Source: Acanthaster planci
Lineage: Eukaryota
Assembly: GCF_001949145.1 (NCBI RefSeq)
Contig: NW_019091362.1
Location: forward strand, 186,001 to 214,613
DNA: 28,613 bases
Reading direction: 5' to 3'
Shown: positions 13,301-23,722 of the stretch, in pieces
Position numbering within the stretch: the stretch's first letter is position 1
How the letters are laid out: every line of letters begins with the position of its first letter
Program-made: the position numbers and the translations under genes
Notes under the pieces: generated by a model
What the model saw: the letters and a program-made list of their open reading frames with translations, nothing else
The model's database searches: none
Told to the model about the DNA's origin: nothing

Positions 13301-14701
13301 GCATGGATTATAACATATCCATGCCTTTGAATGACAGATAGTGTTGGATACTAGGCACCTTATAAATGCATTGCTACAATGGTATTGGTGCGTAGGGTGA
13401 ATGAAAAACTGACTTGATGTTTAAGTTTCAGTTAATAACACAATCAATTCTACTTTCTCTAGATGTACAGACTTTAACTCAAATTGTGCTTTATTCTCCA
13501 ACAGTTGCAGGATTTGGGGCCCCTAGGGTTTCCATAACAGTTTTTAAACCTGACAGTTTACTAAAACTACCTCTTCAACATGGATTTCCTTTGTGATTAA
13601 ACACAGAACCACATGAAGTTTCCTCTTAAATTTCTTTCAAAAGAACTGGAAGAACCACACAGCAAACTGCACTTGTCACATTTCTACTCACTACAACCTC
13701 AGTCAACCTCACCTCTAATCTATCACTGGTGAAAACAGCAACAGACTCCAAGTCAACAAAGTGGGCATCAGCTTTGAAGTTCTTGAATTCATAATCTATG
13801 CCAATTAAATAGTAGCCACTTGTATAGACTTTGTCAGTGTTCACCGATCCAGTTGATTTCCTTCGAACAAAACCAAACTGTATAAAACAACAAAACACAC
13901 CCACAAATTAAAATGCAGCACTGGAATGTTACCTGCTGATCTGCAGTGTATATGACCAGATTCTTCAAAGTTATACTGATTTAAGCTAATTATGCCCATG
14001 CACCTGTCTTTTGTTCAGAGTGTGGTAAGAGGCATTTCTAATTCAATATGAAAGGCCAGCACATAGTCACTTAATGATTTGAATTCACTGTGATCTTTCA
14101 TATGCAACTACATGTACGTACATGTACGGTACTAACCTTACATACCTAGTGTGGACTTTTGAACAAAAGATGTCCACATGATGGGAGAAGGGAAAACATT
14201 CTGTGGACTTACACATGTCCACAGGACATTTCCCCTTCTCTGAAAAAGAAGTTTAGAGGTATTTGGGGGTTTGGGTCATCTGTCGTGAATGGAAAAAGAA
14301 GAGTCAAGAAAAAAAAAATCCTGCTGAAAATAAATCACGCTCCAAGTTCAAGAAAAATGAGTATTTTCACCGAGTTTTCTTTACACGAAAACAAAAGAAT
14401 GTCCAAACTAGGTATGTAACATAAGTGTGGGTGTATTTGCATATGTACAGTATGTCCTAGGTATGGACAAATTTCCAGGCATTGAGAATGAAGGGATACT
14501 ACATACATGTACATGTACAAAGTGTGCATAAAGTATGGAGGAAACCACAAAAATTCCCCAAAGCTTAAAGTGAACAATTTCATAACACCTCACCTGATAA
14601 TACTCCACTCCATGAAAAGATGAAGGCACTAGGATAATAACAAGAAGCACGGCAATGATCGCTATGACAACAACGGCTTTGACGGTATTCTCTGAGCCCA
14701 T
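7101..14701 (-). CDS. SPFH/Band-7 (prohibitin/stomatin/flotillin superfamily) membrane protein, 336 aa; join(14594..14701,13713..13877,12182..12434,10750..10958,7101..7376)
   Basis: Five exons with GT..AG introns in compatible phases (0,0,1,0) total 1011 nt from ATG to TAA. N-terminal TM helix VVVIAIIAVLLVIILVP. SPFH-type motifs FTSDRLEVRLDCTFQYFL, RAEIEK and VRYFQLGFVDIP. Ala/Glu-rich coiled coil AEEISQNATAQAALILSQANAEARA. Confidence 0.9.
7897..9559. mobile_element. Non-autonomous DNA transposon, hAT-like termini, 5-bp TSD
   Basis: Termini CAGGCCT...AGGCCTG flanked by ATGAT on both sides (7892-7896, 9560-9564). CTAGCC/GGGCT motifs cluster near both ends. No transposase ORF. Confidence 0.6.
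8226..9076. mobile_element. Non-autonomous PIF/Harbinger-like element nested in the 7897-9559 element
   Basis: TTA|GGCC...GGCC|TTA (TTA at 8223-8225 and 9077-9079), with subterminal TCGGTAGGTC / AGGGTCG..GGTCGGG motifs. A 3-bp TTA/TAA TSD is typical of PIF/Harbinger. Confidence 0.55.
9626..10312. mobile_element. Probable MITE with imperfect TIRs and GGATC/GATCC subterminal repeats
   Basis: Left CAGACCGCGTTCCTACTTGA vs reverse complement of right end CAGAGCGTTCCAACTTGA. 21-bp tandem AATTG(C/G)YGGATCAGATCC x2.5 at 9681-9735. No TSD found. Confidence 0.5.
10750..10958 (-). CDS. SPFH gene coding exon 4 (GCEVGC...RIRTEEM)
   Basis: Acceptor TTTTGCTCCAACAG|, donor ATG|GTGAGC, phase 1/0. Confidence 0.88.
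11582..11659. repeat. 19-bp tandem repeat GGTCTTTTGTTTCRAGTAC, 2 good + 2 degenerate copies
   Basis: Directly visible; probably internal to an unresolved intronic repeat element. Confidence 0.75.
12182..12434 (-). CDS. SPFH gene coding exon 3 (VRLDCTFQY...CCKPGCQNSPE)
   Basis: Acceptor TTTCCTTTGCAG|, donor AAG|GTTGGT, phase 0/1 matching the next exon. Confidence 0.88.
13713..13877 (-). CDS. SPFH gene coding exon 2 (FGFVRRK...TSDRLE)
   Basis: Acceptor TTTTATACAG|, donor GAG|GTGAGG, 165 nt, phase 0/0. Confidence 0.9.
14594..14701 (-). CDS. SPFH gene coding exon 1 (MGSENT...GVEYYQ; TM anchor)
   Basis: ATG at 14701-14699; donor CAG|GTGAGG. Acceptor TTATTGCAG| at 14742 gives 40 nt of 5' UTR in this exon. 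Confidence 0.9.
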
Positions 14702-15636
14702 TCTTCAACTTCTGTCAAGGCTATAAACCAGAAACCAACTCCTGCAATAATTCACACAAAAAAGCATGGATTTCAGGTGTACATAACATTTTGAGGACAA
14801 GTAAAAAAAATAAACATGTTTTGTGAAAAAGGAGAGCTAGGGCCATTTATTGATATTTTTTGTTTCAAGATGCCTTCAATTTTTTTTATATTCCAACTTC
14901 TGTAGCAGTGTTAATCAACTAGTTGCACGGATTCAAAAGAAATTAAGAACAGCCACTTTATAAGGTGTGTGTGCAATATGCAGCCATGACTTTAACATTT
15001 AGATGTGGTCATGGGGGCCACACAATTCATGAATGTGCAAAAGTGTCCAATAGAGAGTAAAATTAAACCTTCCAACTCACACATAGGGGTATTTCTTTTT
15101 AGATGAATTAGTTGATTTTTTTCTTTATTTTGCGGGTTTTTTTTCTGGGGCAAATTTTCTTTGGGCAGAGTTTTATGGACATCATTAATTTGCAACTAGC
15201 ATGTGATAACATATCCTAAAGAGTCAAATTTCACAGGAAAAAATGGTAGCATTTACTTTAAAAAATTTCAGTCTCATAGATTTTTGCACTTGGCCTAATG
15301 CTAAATGGTGAAATTAGGGACCTGACAACGATGCCATCACAGTCGTTAGTTCCCACTGCTTGTTTACTAACCCGTGCATAGTCCACATCCATGATTTCGA
15401 GTTAGATACAGAAATAGTGAGGAGGGGCCTAGTGCACAAACTTCCGGGTAACATTCATTAGCACCAGGTAACGTCTTGCTCTATACATCACTCTACCAGG
15501 ATCCCATCCCCGCTCCCAAATGCTATCATTGCACCCAAAATTAACAATCCCTTGACAAATAGTTCATCAAAAGAATCGCAGTACATTCATAAAAAATAAT
15601 AATAATAATCAGTACCTGAAATAAGCACCCACTCAC

Positions 15637-15740
15637 CAGTTACAAAAACGACGCAGTTTTACACTCGATTTGAGGGTTCTTCAGTCATGACTTTCTTCAT
15701 CCAAATCGGCATGATATAATGAGCGCAGTATATTATCTGT
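15637..15740 (-). other. Probable non-coding first exon of the SPFH gene
   Basis: Strong donor CTG|GTGAGT (intron begins 15636) with a second donor CAG|GTACT nearby (15615). The acceptor at 14742 implies an upstream exon. TSS is approximate. Confidence 0.5.
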
Positions 15741-15741
15741 A

Positions 15742-15755
15742 CCACGAGAGGGCGC
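15742..15755 (+). promoter_or_regulatory. CTCF-like motif in putative bidirectional promoter
   Basis: CCACGAGAGGGCGC closely matches the CTCF core CCASYAGRKGGCRS (one mismatch), in a relatively CpG-rich gap between two divergent genes. Confidence 0.5.
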
Positions 15756-16132
15756 TGTTTAGTTAATTGACAGAGAAAAATCCGGACTGGACTCGTAATC
15801 ATGGAGAGTTAAGCGCTAGATTGGAATGCTAGTGAACACACGAAGAGTTGCTGTAAAAACCGAAGGAGTCTCAAAGCGTGGTATTAGTCAGCAGATAACG
15901 TGGCTTCTGATTTTGTCAAAATTTCGTTGTCAACAAACGTCGGGCTATCTCATTCGATCATGTCGACTCGACCGGTACACTGAATCTACACTGAAGGCCA
16001 GGCTTAAGTTGTTTGTTAGACCGTACACGTACGCGCAGACCTACATGTACATGTACGTCCTACATGTACATGTCCATGTATCTCCGAGCCCACCTACCTA
16101 GACGTCAGGTGTAATTTAAAACTGCATATCCC

Positions 16133-16328
16133 ATGGGCAGACAGAGCCCTAATATAAAAAACACCAGTCAAAATTCAGAGATGGCAACTGCTTCACCGGG
16201 TAAAACCGCATCTAAACAAGGGGCCAAGGAAATGCCTGATAAAGTGGATGAAAATAATGCTAAAATTGTCGCATTTAGTCTTCTTCTTCTTTTGCTTCTT
16301 GGCCATGGAGTTCGTTATCTCCTGTATG
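16133..16328 (+). CDS. First coding exon of an unidentified gene; probable type II / signal-anchor membrane protein
   Basis: ATG (CCCATGG; alternative GAGATGG giving MATASPGK), polar N-terminus, hydrophobic IVAFSLLLLLLLGHGVRYLLY, then perfect donor G|GTAAGT (phase 1). Confidence 0.65.
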
Positions 16329-16484
16329 GTAAGTTTGGTCATGTTCGTTTCAGTGCATATTGTTTGATCCTGTTCAATTGAATAATGTTGGTGACCGTAT
16401 AGTCGCCAGTTCCCTTATTTTAATAGTAGGCAAAATTAAGTCTGGTGGGATCAGACCTGGCAACTACAGTATACAGTCACAGAT

Positions 16485-17964
16485 GAGAACAGGTCAACTT
16501 GTACCTTGGACAATTCATACCTTGGACAACTAGTACCATCAATTCAACGTAACTAGGCCTATACCAACTTGTACCTTTGCCAAGTTGCACCTTGGACAAC
16601 TCGTACATGTACCTCCAGTAAAGACAACTCATACCTTCGCGTAGTCTCGTACCTTCACAGCAACCAGGGCTTGCTCAAAGCATATTATAATTGTAATTAA
16701 CTTGAACAATATTTTGATTTCATAGTCAATTGTTATCATAAATTTGCCATTTGGCTACACTGCCTTCCCTACACACTGGTGGGGTGACATTAATGTGAGA
16801 CGCGTCGACGTCATGCATGTGGACTCGCGGTCAGGCAACTGACATTGGTCCATGTGGCCAACGGTCGTTGCATGCAATTTGGAATCGTCACCTGCAGTGC
16901 ACCATGATGACGGAGTGATGTAATGATTTCATTTACTTCAAAAGTTTATAAAGTAATGTCAGTTGTAACTTGTCCCCCCCAAAAAAAGAAGTTTAATAAG
17001 GAAGGCAACCAGTCCCCCCCCAAAAAAATTTAAAAACAAGACCAGAAATATTTCCAAAAGAAATCAAGACAACAAGTTTTATTAAGTACACCCCCTGAGC
17101 AGTTACTAAACAAAGCCATCATTCTCCCACAAAATGAAAAAAGTCTACACCTGAAGAACCTGACAAGACCAGAAATATTCTCCTTTCACTTTTGAATAAT
17201 CAAACCCATTCAAACTAATTGTGCACAAATATTATACCCAGAGAGACGGCAATCACCTTTCTGTCTAGTGAGTGCCGTTCAACTCACTAAACCATACCTG
17301 TACTCATTCTGATTCATGTTTTGAATCAAGCAGTTGATGAGTCCCCGAAGGGAGGAAAATGCATTCCCGCTATTATCCCTGGTAATACCTACATGTACAT
17401 GTAATTACCACAAGTTTAATTCTTATTATTTCTACCCTCCCGAGGCTCCAGTACATTCTCCATGTACAGAAATACTGTAAATCACACAGTGACTCACCCT
17501 CGAATAGACGTGTGTTTTTATTCCAAAGCACCCAAAGTTTATTCGTTTAAAATCAATCTACATGTATAAGAGAGAGCATCTCTGAATGGGATAGAGCCAT
17601 CACTTCTTATCCAGTCAACATTTTCCGTTGCAGTTGTGCAACATCTGTCACGTAAACCAATGGCACAAACGCCCACATGAGGCACTGTGCAGAAAATCTT
17701 GGCGCTCGAGACCTCTCCAGGAGATTTATGAAGATTTTTCCTTGATATTTTTGTCAAATCTGATCTTAAACATGCTGAAAAGGAAGAGCAAGAAAGTTAC
17801 AACTGAATTGATAACATTAAGGTATGAGTGGTCTTAACTCAAGATACGAGTTGCCCAAGGTACAAGTTGTCTCATGTATGAGTTGCCCATGGTACGAGTC
17901 ATCCAAGGTACAGTATGAGTCATCCAAGGTACAAGTCGCCCAAGGTACCAGTTGACTCAAAAGC
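16485..17964. mobile_element. Foldback / Mutator-like non-autonomous transposon with inverted arrays of a ~16-bp unit
   Basis: Left array of CCTTGGACAACTCGTA-like units (16493-16655); right array of the reverse complement TACGAGTTGYCCAAGG (17820-17956). GTCAAC/GTTGAC each lie 8 nt inside the ends. Flanks GTCACAGAT (16476-16484) and ATCACAGAC (17965-17973) match 7/9, consistent with an aged 9-bp TSD. Confidence 0.7.
17329..17371 (+). ncRNA. Degenerate minimal type I hammerhead ribozyme motif
   Basis: AGCAG-tTGATGA-GTCCC-CGAA-GGGAg-GAAA-A-TGCA-T-TC-CCGCT: core boxes, stem II, 2-bp stem III with palindromic TGCA loop, NUH triplet and stem I (4/5) are in the right order. C3 and C11.1 are mutated. 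Confidence 0.55.
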
Positions 17965-18211
17965 ATCACAGACATTAGGCCTAATATTAGGCCCTGCTGT
18001 CTGCCCAGCCTACTGGTACAGTGTAGGTGTAGGTCTGGGCTCGGAAAACTCAACCGTTTGCCAACTTGACTTAGGACAACTCAACCTTTGAGTCAACTCA
18101 ATGGGGCAACTCAAACTTTTGAGCCATCTCAGTAGGACATCTTGACTGCGTATCAAATGGAAAGACAAGTCGTCCGCTGAGACAAGACAACTTGTGTGGG
18201 GTCATGAGCCT

Positions 18212-18350
18212 CATCGCAAATACTGCATGAGTGATTTTGTGCAATGGTATAAAGGCATTGTGGGAAGGAAAAAGGGGCATTTTTGGTCCTTTTGCCTTCC
18301 CACAATGCTTTCTACCATTGTGCAAAATCACCCATGCAGTTTTTGTGACG
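18212..18350. mobile_element. 139-bp near-palindromic MITE / long hairpin
   Basis: Arms of ~55-60 bp: ...ACTGCATGAGTGATTTTGTGCAATGGTATAAAGGCATTGTGGGAAGG vs CCTTCCCACAATGCTTTCTACCATTGTGCAAAATCACCCATGCAGT... Confidence 0.75.
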
Positions 18351-18499
18351 TACAAATGTACATGTGGTACGGCCGAACTACTGTAAGGCGGGGCAGAGAT
18401 TATTTTGTCTCAGGCCACGTTTGGCCTCTGAGACAATGGAGTCACACCATGTGTTCGGGTCTTGTTTTGCCTTGGCTTTGTACATGTATATCCCTGCCA

Positions 18500-19240
18500 G
18501 ACAACAACTCTTGGCACGGTTGGAGCTTCAACGGGCAGCTCGTTTCTGCTCAATGATTTCAAGGGTGCTGTCAGTAAGCCAGGGGCAATGCTGGAAATGA
18601 CAGGCAGGCACAACCTTCTCAGTGGCACCAAGAACAGTATCAAGGAAAGCAGCCCAGGAGTCTTCAACAGAGTCGGGCAGGTCGCCAAGAGCATCAAAGC
18701 AGTTATGAACCTCAATAGAGTCGTTGGTTGCCACCAAGGAGTCTGTTAGAAGGAGATTGTGGTCTGGGCGGCATTTACATGTAGGCAGAGATTTCTTTGT
18801 GAAAGGATTGATACGAACCTGTGTGGCAAGAAGTCGGTGATCGGAGTTTGCAGGGGCTGCGATAAACCTGGTAAGACTTCAGGCAGCTCCGATAGTTGAC
18901 CAATATGTGGTCAAGCTCTTTGGCTGTGTGACCATCATTCGATATCCAGGTAAGTCTGTAGATGTTCTTCCACTTGAAATATGAGCCTGAGATGGCTAGG
19001 CGGAGAGCAAGACAGAAGGAAATCATGCAAATGGAGTTATCATTTACTGTACATGTACCATGGCCGTAGTTTCCAACAACTTCTTCAAAGCCAGACCTGT
19101 CAGAGCCTGAAACCACATTAAAGTCACCGAGTACAAACAACTTGTCATGGGGAGGAACAGAGGAGACGCATTAGGAAAGTTGACCTTTAAAGGAATCCTT
19201 GTCTGAGTCGCAGGCAACCTCAGTGGGAGCATACACAAAG
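18500..19240 (-). mobile_element. Decayed non-LTR retrotransposon (RTE-like), AP-endonuclease domain and following linker
   Basis: Minus-strand motifs VYAPT, VLGDFN, GHG..NDN, TWISNDGHTAKELDHILV, NSDHRLL, then NCFDAL...PWLTDSTLEIIEQKRAAR. Stops and frameshifts; the 5' side runs into the gap 19241-19388. Confidence 0.85.
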
Positions 19241-19554
19241 NNNNNNNNNNNNNNNNNNNNNNNNNNNNNNNNNNNNNNNNNNNNNNNNNNNNNNNNNNNN
19301 NNNNNNNNNNNNNNNNNNNNNNNNNNNNNNNNNNNNNNNNNNNNNNNNNNNNNNNNNNNNNNNNNNNNNNNNNNNNNNNNNNNNNNNNTGAGTGTGTTGA
19401 TTTTGTCATTGTTTCCATACATGTACCGGTATATGTACATAAGTACAGTATGTCAAAACTGGCAAGCATGTTGCTTTAAAGAAGGTTATCTTTGTTGAAG
19501 TGAGTACTACATGTTCTTGTCTACAGATTTCACTGCCATAAGGCAACCTACAGG

Positions 19555-20100
19555 TGTACGTGTAGACAAGTACATGTACATGTACACATGCACATGTACA
19601 TGTACACTGCAGTCATGACAGTGTACAGTGTATATGTACATGTTCATGTACACACTGTAAGATTCCATGCCAAAAAGCTTTGTACATATACTTGGTGAAA
19701 GCAGACATGTAGAACCCAGATCTAAAATCAGTGGCATGCACCCCTAGAATTCTTTCTCGTTCAGGAACCTGTAGTTAAGAAAGTCCAGCATGAAGGAATT
19801 AGTAATTTATTCTGTCCTCTTGAAACAGACGACAACTACTGATACAAATGATGATTCAAGAAGGCATACATGTACATGTATAAGGCAGCCAAGTAGATTG
19901 TTGATACTTGTACATGTCAGCTACATGTACACCAGTGTAACATGTTGTCGTTAGACACTCTTTATTGTGTAACCAACATCAATCAGAAACAAGGGACTAA
20001 GAATGTCTTCTTGGAGTGTAAAAGATGTACCGGTATCATCATACATGTACATGTACACATGTACATATACACGCATGTACATGTACATGTACATGTACAT
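19555..20100. repeat. (TACATG)n-rich low-complexity tracts (also 27165-27300, 27505-27605, 14108-14130, 16042-16080)
   Basis: Runs such as CATGTACATGTACATGTACATGTACAT; these generate spurious HVHVHV/TCTCTC ORFs. Confidence 0.85.
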
Positions 20101-20320
20101 TTGAAAGTTTGTATTCTATATACAGTATGTACACGCTGCCAGGTCTCAAGCCAGCTTGGTTTCCTCTGAAGATGGGATCAACAATCAGCCCTCTGGTATC
20201 CTATCCAGGATAAGTCTATTGTAGACCTTTGCCAAACTATTGGGCATACATGTAACTGAGATACCCCTGTAATTGAAATGAAGTCTCTGGGGACTGCCTG
20301 TCTGAGGAATTGGAGCAGTA
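19950..20320 (-). mobile_element. Heavily decayed LINE reverse transcriptase fragment (second, older element; not in ORF track)
   Basis: Manual translation: NYRGIS..SLAKVYNRLILDRI (from 20274), frameshift, IVDPIFRGNQAGLRPG, and LQEDILSPLFLI (~20015-19980, the QGD.LSP.LF motif). May extend from ~19600 to ~20820. Confidence 0.7.
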
Positions 20321-21072
20321 ATTTCCAAGATCCATTCCATTATTAATATACGTTGGGGAAGGGGAAAAACCTGTTATATATAATTAAGATCCATTCCACA
20401 GCTTCAACATGGGCAGTGACAACTTTTGAACAAAAACAGGGAACAATTTCCCACATTCCCTGTGCTTCGTCTTCACTCATCCTCGCTCTAATGTCTGTAA
20501 TTTACACTGTAGCCTACTGTACATGAATGTGTGTCATCAATTTCCTGACTGACAGATTTCCACATAATGTACATGCAACTGCTCATTCTGTATCTTTGCC
20601 CAAACAGCCCATGCACATTCCAGTCGTTGCCTGCTTTGTAAATGACCCTACCGGTATCACTTTTAGCAGTTTCCTTCTTGTGTTCAAAATGAGCAGTGGA
20701 TCTTCATCAAGTTGTCACGTGGGCACATGTACATGTACGGTACCGATACAGTATTAGATCTCATCCAGCAGTACAGGTCACGGAGCCTTCCATTCATCTA
20801 AAACATTACAGCAGGGTAGACCTCTTAAATTTATACATTTACATGCACATTGTACTGTATGTCATGTGAGTCAAAGGAAGAGTGTTTATTTTCAATGCTG
20901 CTTGTCTTTTGAATGATCCAGTTACCGGTACATACCTGAACCTGATTTATGTACTTGTACATGTACCAGTATACATTGTAGATCGAGTACCAAAGTGTGA
21001 TGTCACTGTGAACCAGAAAGTGCAATGCAAACAAATGGAGTACGCGTGCGTGTTGGTTCACGCGCTGGTCTT

Positions 21073-21374
21073 TGTAAGTCCGACTGGTGGTGCCCTTGCG
21101 CGGGCCTGGTAGCGGAGTAGATGCAACTGTTACTTTGATCGAAATTTCTAGACCACGTACCGTTGAAATTTATAACAATCCCTTGCCCTGACGATAGGAT
21201 GTAGTCATCTCACCGATGTAATCGTAACCTCAGTGGGGAAGGGGAAAAGTGTTTACCGCATGCATGTTTGTGGATAAGAGTCACAAGGAATAAAGACCAA
21301 GAGTGACAAACCATAGGTCTGTGCGTGTCCAACTTGACCCAATTCCTGCCTGCAAATCCCACTGAGAGCTTACA
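21073..21374 (+). repeat. 5' LTR (302 bp)
   Basis: TG...CA with 6-bp terminal inverted repeat; TTTATAA ~21170; AATAAA 21289-21294. Confidence 0.95.
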
Positions 21375-21554
21375 GTCAACACTTCCTTCAGTGCTGCATG
21401 GCATGCTGTTGCGGAGCGGTGTGAAGTAGGAAATTGCCAGATTCAAGCCTCAATCCCTCAGCAAGATGTTGGGTAAGAACGTCAATGGAGCTGCTACAGT
21501 TTTACCGGATCAGGGTCAGTCATCAGCCGGTATGTCCACCAAAGTTCCAATGTT

Positions 21555-23722
21555 ATGGCAGAATCATTACAAATAAAGAATGCTACCGGTAACCGTTCAG
21601 TAAAGACAAGGTCTTCAGGCAAGAAAGGCAGCACATTTTCCAAGTCCTCAAGCAAATTTTCAAGGTCAACTGCACTCAGAAGAGAGCTTGAAATTGAGCG
21701 CACTCGTATGGAGGCAGACATGGCGAAACACCGAGCTGAGCTGAAGGCAGCACAAAAGAGGCAAAATTAGAAGCGGCTTTGAGGATGGCTGAAATTGAAG
21801 AAGCACAGCTAAGGCTGAATATAGATAAAGAGTGCTATAAAAGGGTCTTCGAATTACAAAGGGAAGGCCTTGACGACGTTGTGGAAGATGACGACCGAGG
21901 ATCCCGTGACGACTCGAGAAAACACGATTTCTCGGATGAGGATTTTGCTTACAATGGTGACCTTGACTCAGAGTCACGTGACAGCTGCCATAAGGAGCAA
22001 CTGAAGCCAGCACTAGCTATGGATGAGCCATCGCACAAGGGTGAACAAGGCCAGAAACGTGAAGAACCGAACTCAAATGGTCTGCACAGAGAGTTGACTT
22101 GCAAGCAGAAAACGGCTGAAAGACAGTATGTCCATCAGGCCTCATCAGAAAAGTGGGTGGAGTCGTATACAGGTAGCTGGGTTCGTGGCACCAGAATCAG
22201 TTGTTTCAAAGGGGAACCACAAATTCTGGTCCCATCAAGAAGCCACAGAAGTCTACGTCATTTGAAAAAATCCAGTCCAGTGGTGAAAACAGTCATCAGC
22301 AGGGGGTGACTGAATCTGCAGGAGAAGGAAAGCTTACATGTACCTCAGGTTTGCAGAGGACGAGAGAAGCTCATCTGACATTTGTCCAACGGGAAAGGCT
22401 CCTAGACACTTGGGCCATACAGCCAGCCGAGGAGAGACCAATGCAGAAAGACGGTGATGGCAAGAAGTTCGACCAAGCAAATGCCCTTGACCCCCAAAGC
22501 TTGATGGCGATGAAGGGCAGTAGCCGAACTGAACAGACGGGACCTGGTTTCAACTTGGAGATGGTCTCGTACCTGCAAAGTCTCCAGTCTCGACATAAAG
22601 GGACTCTATGGAGACCCGATGGACTACACCCGATTCCAGACGGCATTTCGTTTGTATGTTGAAGCTCGCACTTCAGATCCAGGGGAGCTGTACCAGTACC
22701 TCCATAAGTACTGCGTGGACCAAGTAGCTGATGTCATAAAGAAGTTTGATGTGATTCCAGATCCAGTGAAGGCATGGAGCCAAGCCAAACAAGCACTTTG
22801 AACGAACTTTGGACAACCACATATCATCATCCAGGAAATCGAGAAGAAAGTCAGTCAGTTCTCCGAGATGAGGACAGGTGACCAGGCGATGATGAAGAAA
22901 TATGCAGAGCTACTTGACTCATCACTCATCTCACTCCAAAGCCTGGGAAAGGAAGACGCTATGGACCATCCCACGTATTTGGTGAACATCGTTTCCAAGT
23001 TACCACCTTGCAATAGGCGTTCTTTGCTGAAGAAAGCAAGAAGAAAGATCCGTGACAAGCAGCAAGCAGTACAGTTTCGTGACGTCACCATATTCATCAA
23101 AGAGTTGTCCAAAGCCCTGAATGACACGGAGTTTGGTACTGTGCTTGACAGTAAGAAGTCAGGAGATGTTCAACGGGGAGACCCGTGTCAAAATGTCTGT
23201 TCTGTGTCCCAGATGAGTTCTCCCAGTGGCCCCAAGAAGTCGACTAATTGCAGGAGTTGTCCCGGCCAGGCTGAGCACATCTTCTGGAAATGTCTGAAGT
23301 TTGCCAAGAAACCAGTTCGAGCCAGGCTGAGGGAGATCGCACGTTATAGATTATGCTATAATTGCCTCAACGAAGGTGATCATACCCACTCGATGGTGAA
23401 GGATTGTCCTTTGGGAAAGGAATGCCGCATCCCAGGTTGTCAATCTCAGGCCAAGCACCATACCTTCTTGCACCGAGGAAAGGCTGATGGGGATGGAAAC
23501 CAGTCAGCAGGATCAAGAGGAGATGGCAAGGTGAAAAGCTGTGTGGCTTCCTCAAGCGATGCTGTCTTCTTCCAAGTTTTTGGGGTGAGAGTGTACAGTC
23601 CAGTGACGGGCAAGACAGTCAAAATCTGCGCAGTCATGGATTCTTGTTCATCAACCATTCTCTGCTCTGAAGGTCTCCTGCGAGAGTTGGGGGTACTGAG
23701 TAATCCTCAACCGCTCAATCTG
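21555..23722 (+). pseudogene. BEL/Pao gag + aspartic protease, disrupted
   Basis: Ser-rich/coiled-coil N-terminus; capsid-like GDPMDYTRFQTAF..LYQYL..NFGQPH; knuckles CRSC..H..C, CYNC..H..C, CRIPGC..HHTFLH (23249-23473); protease AVMDSCS (D at 23639). Several frameshifts and an in-frame TGA at 22799. Confidence 0.9.

Noticed and set aside
17150..17182. Second hammerhead (CTGAAGA...GAAA)
   Set aside because: No pairing stem II or stem I.
18500..20320. One continuous LINE joining the endonuclease and RT fragments
   Set aside because: On the minus strand the RT piece lies upstream of the endonuclease piece, the wrong order, so these are two separate insertions.
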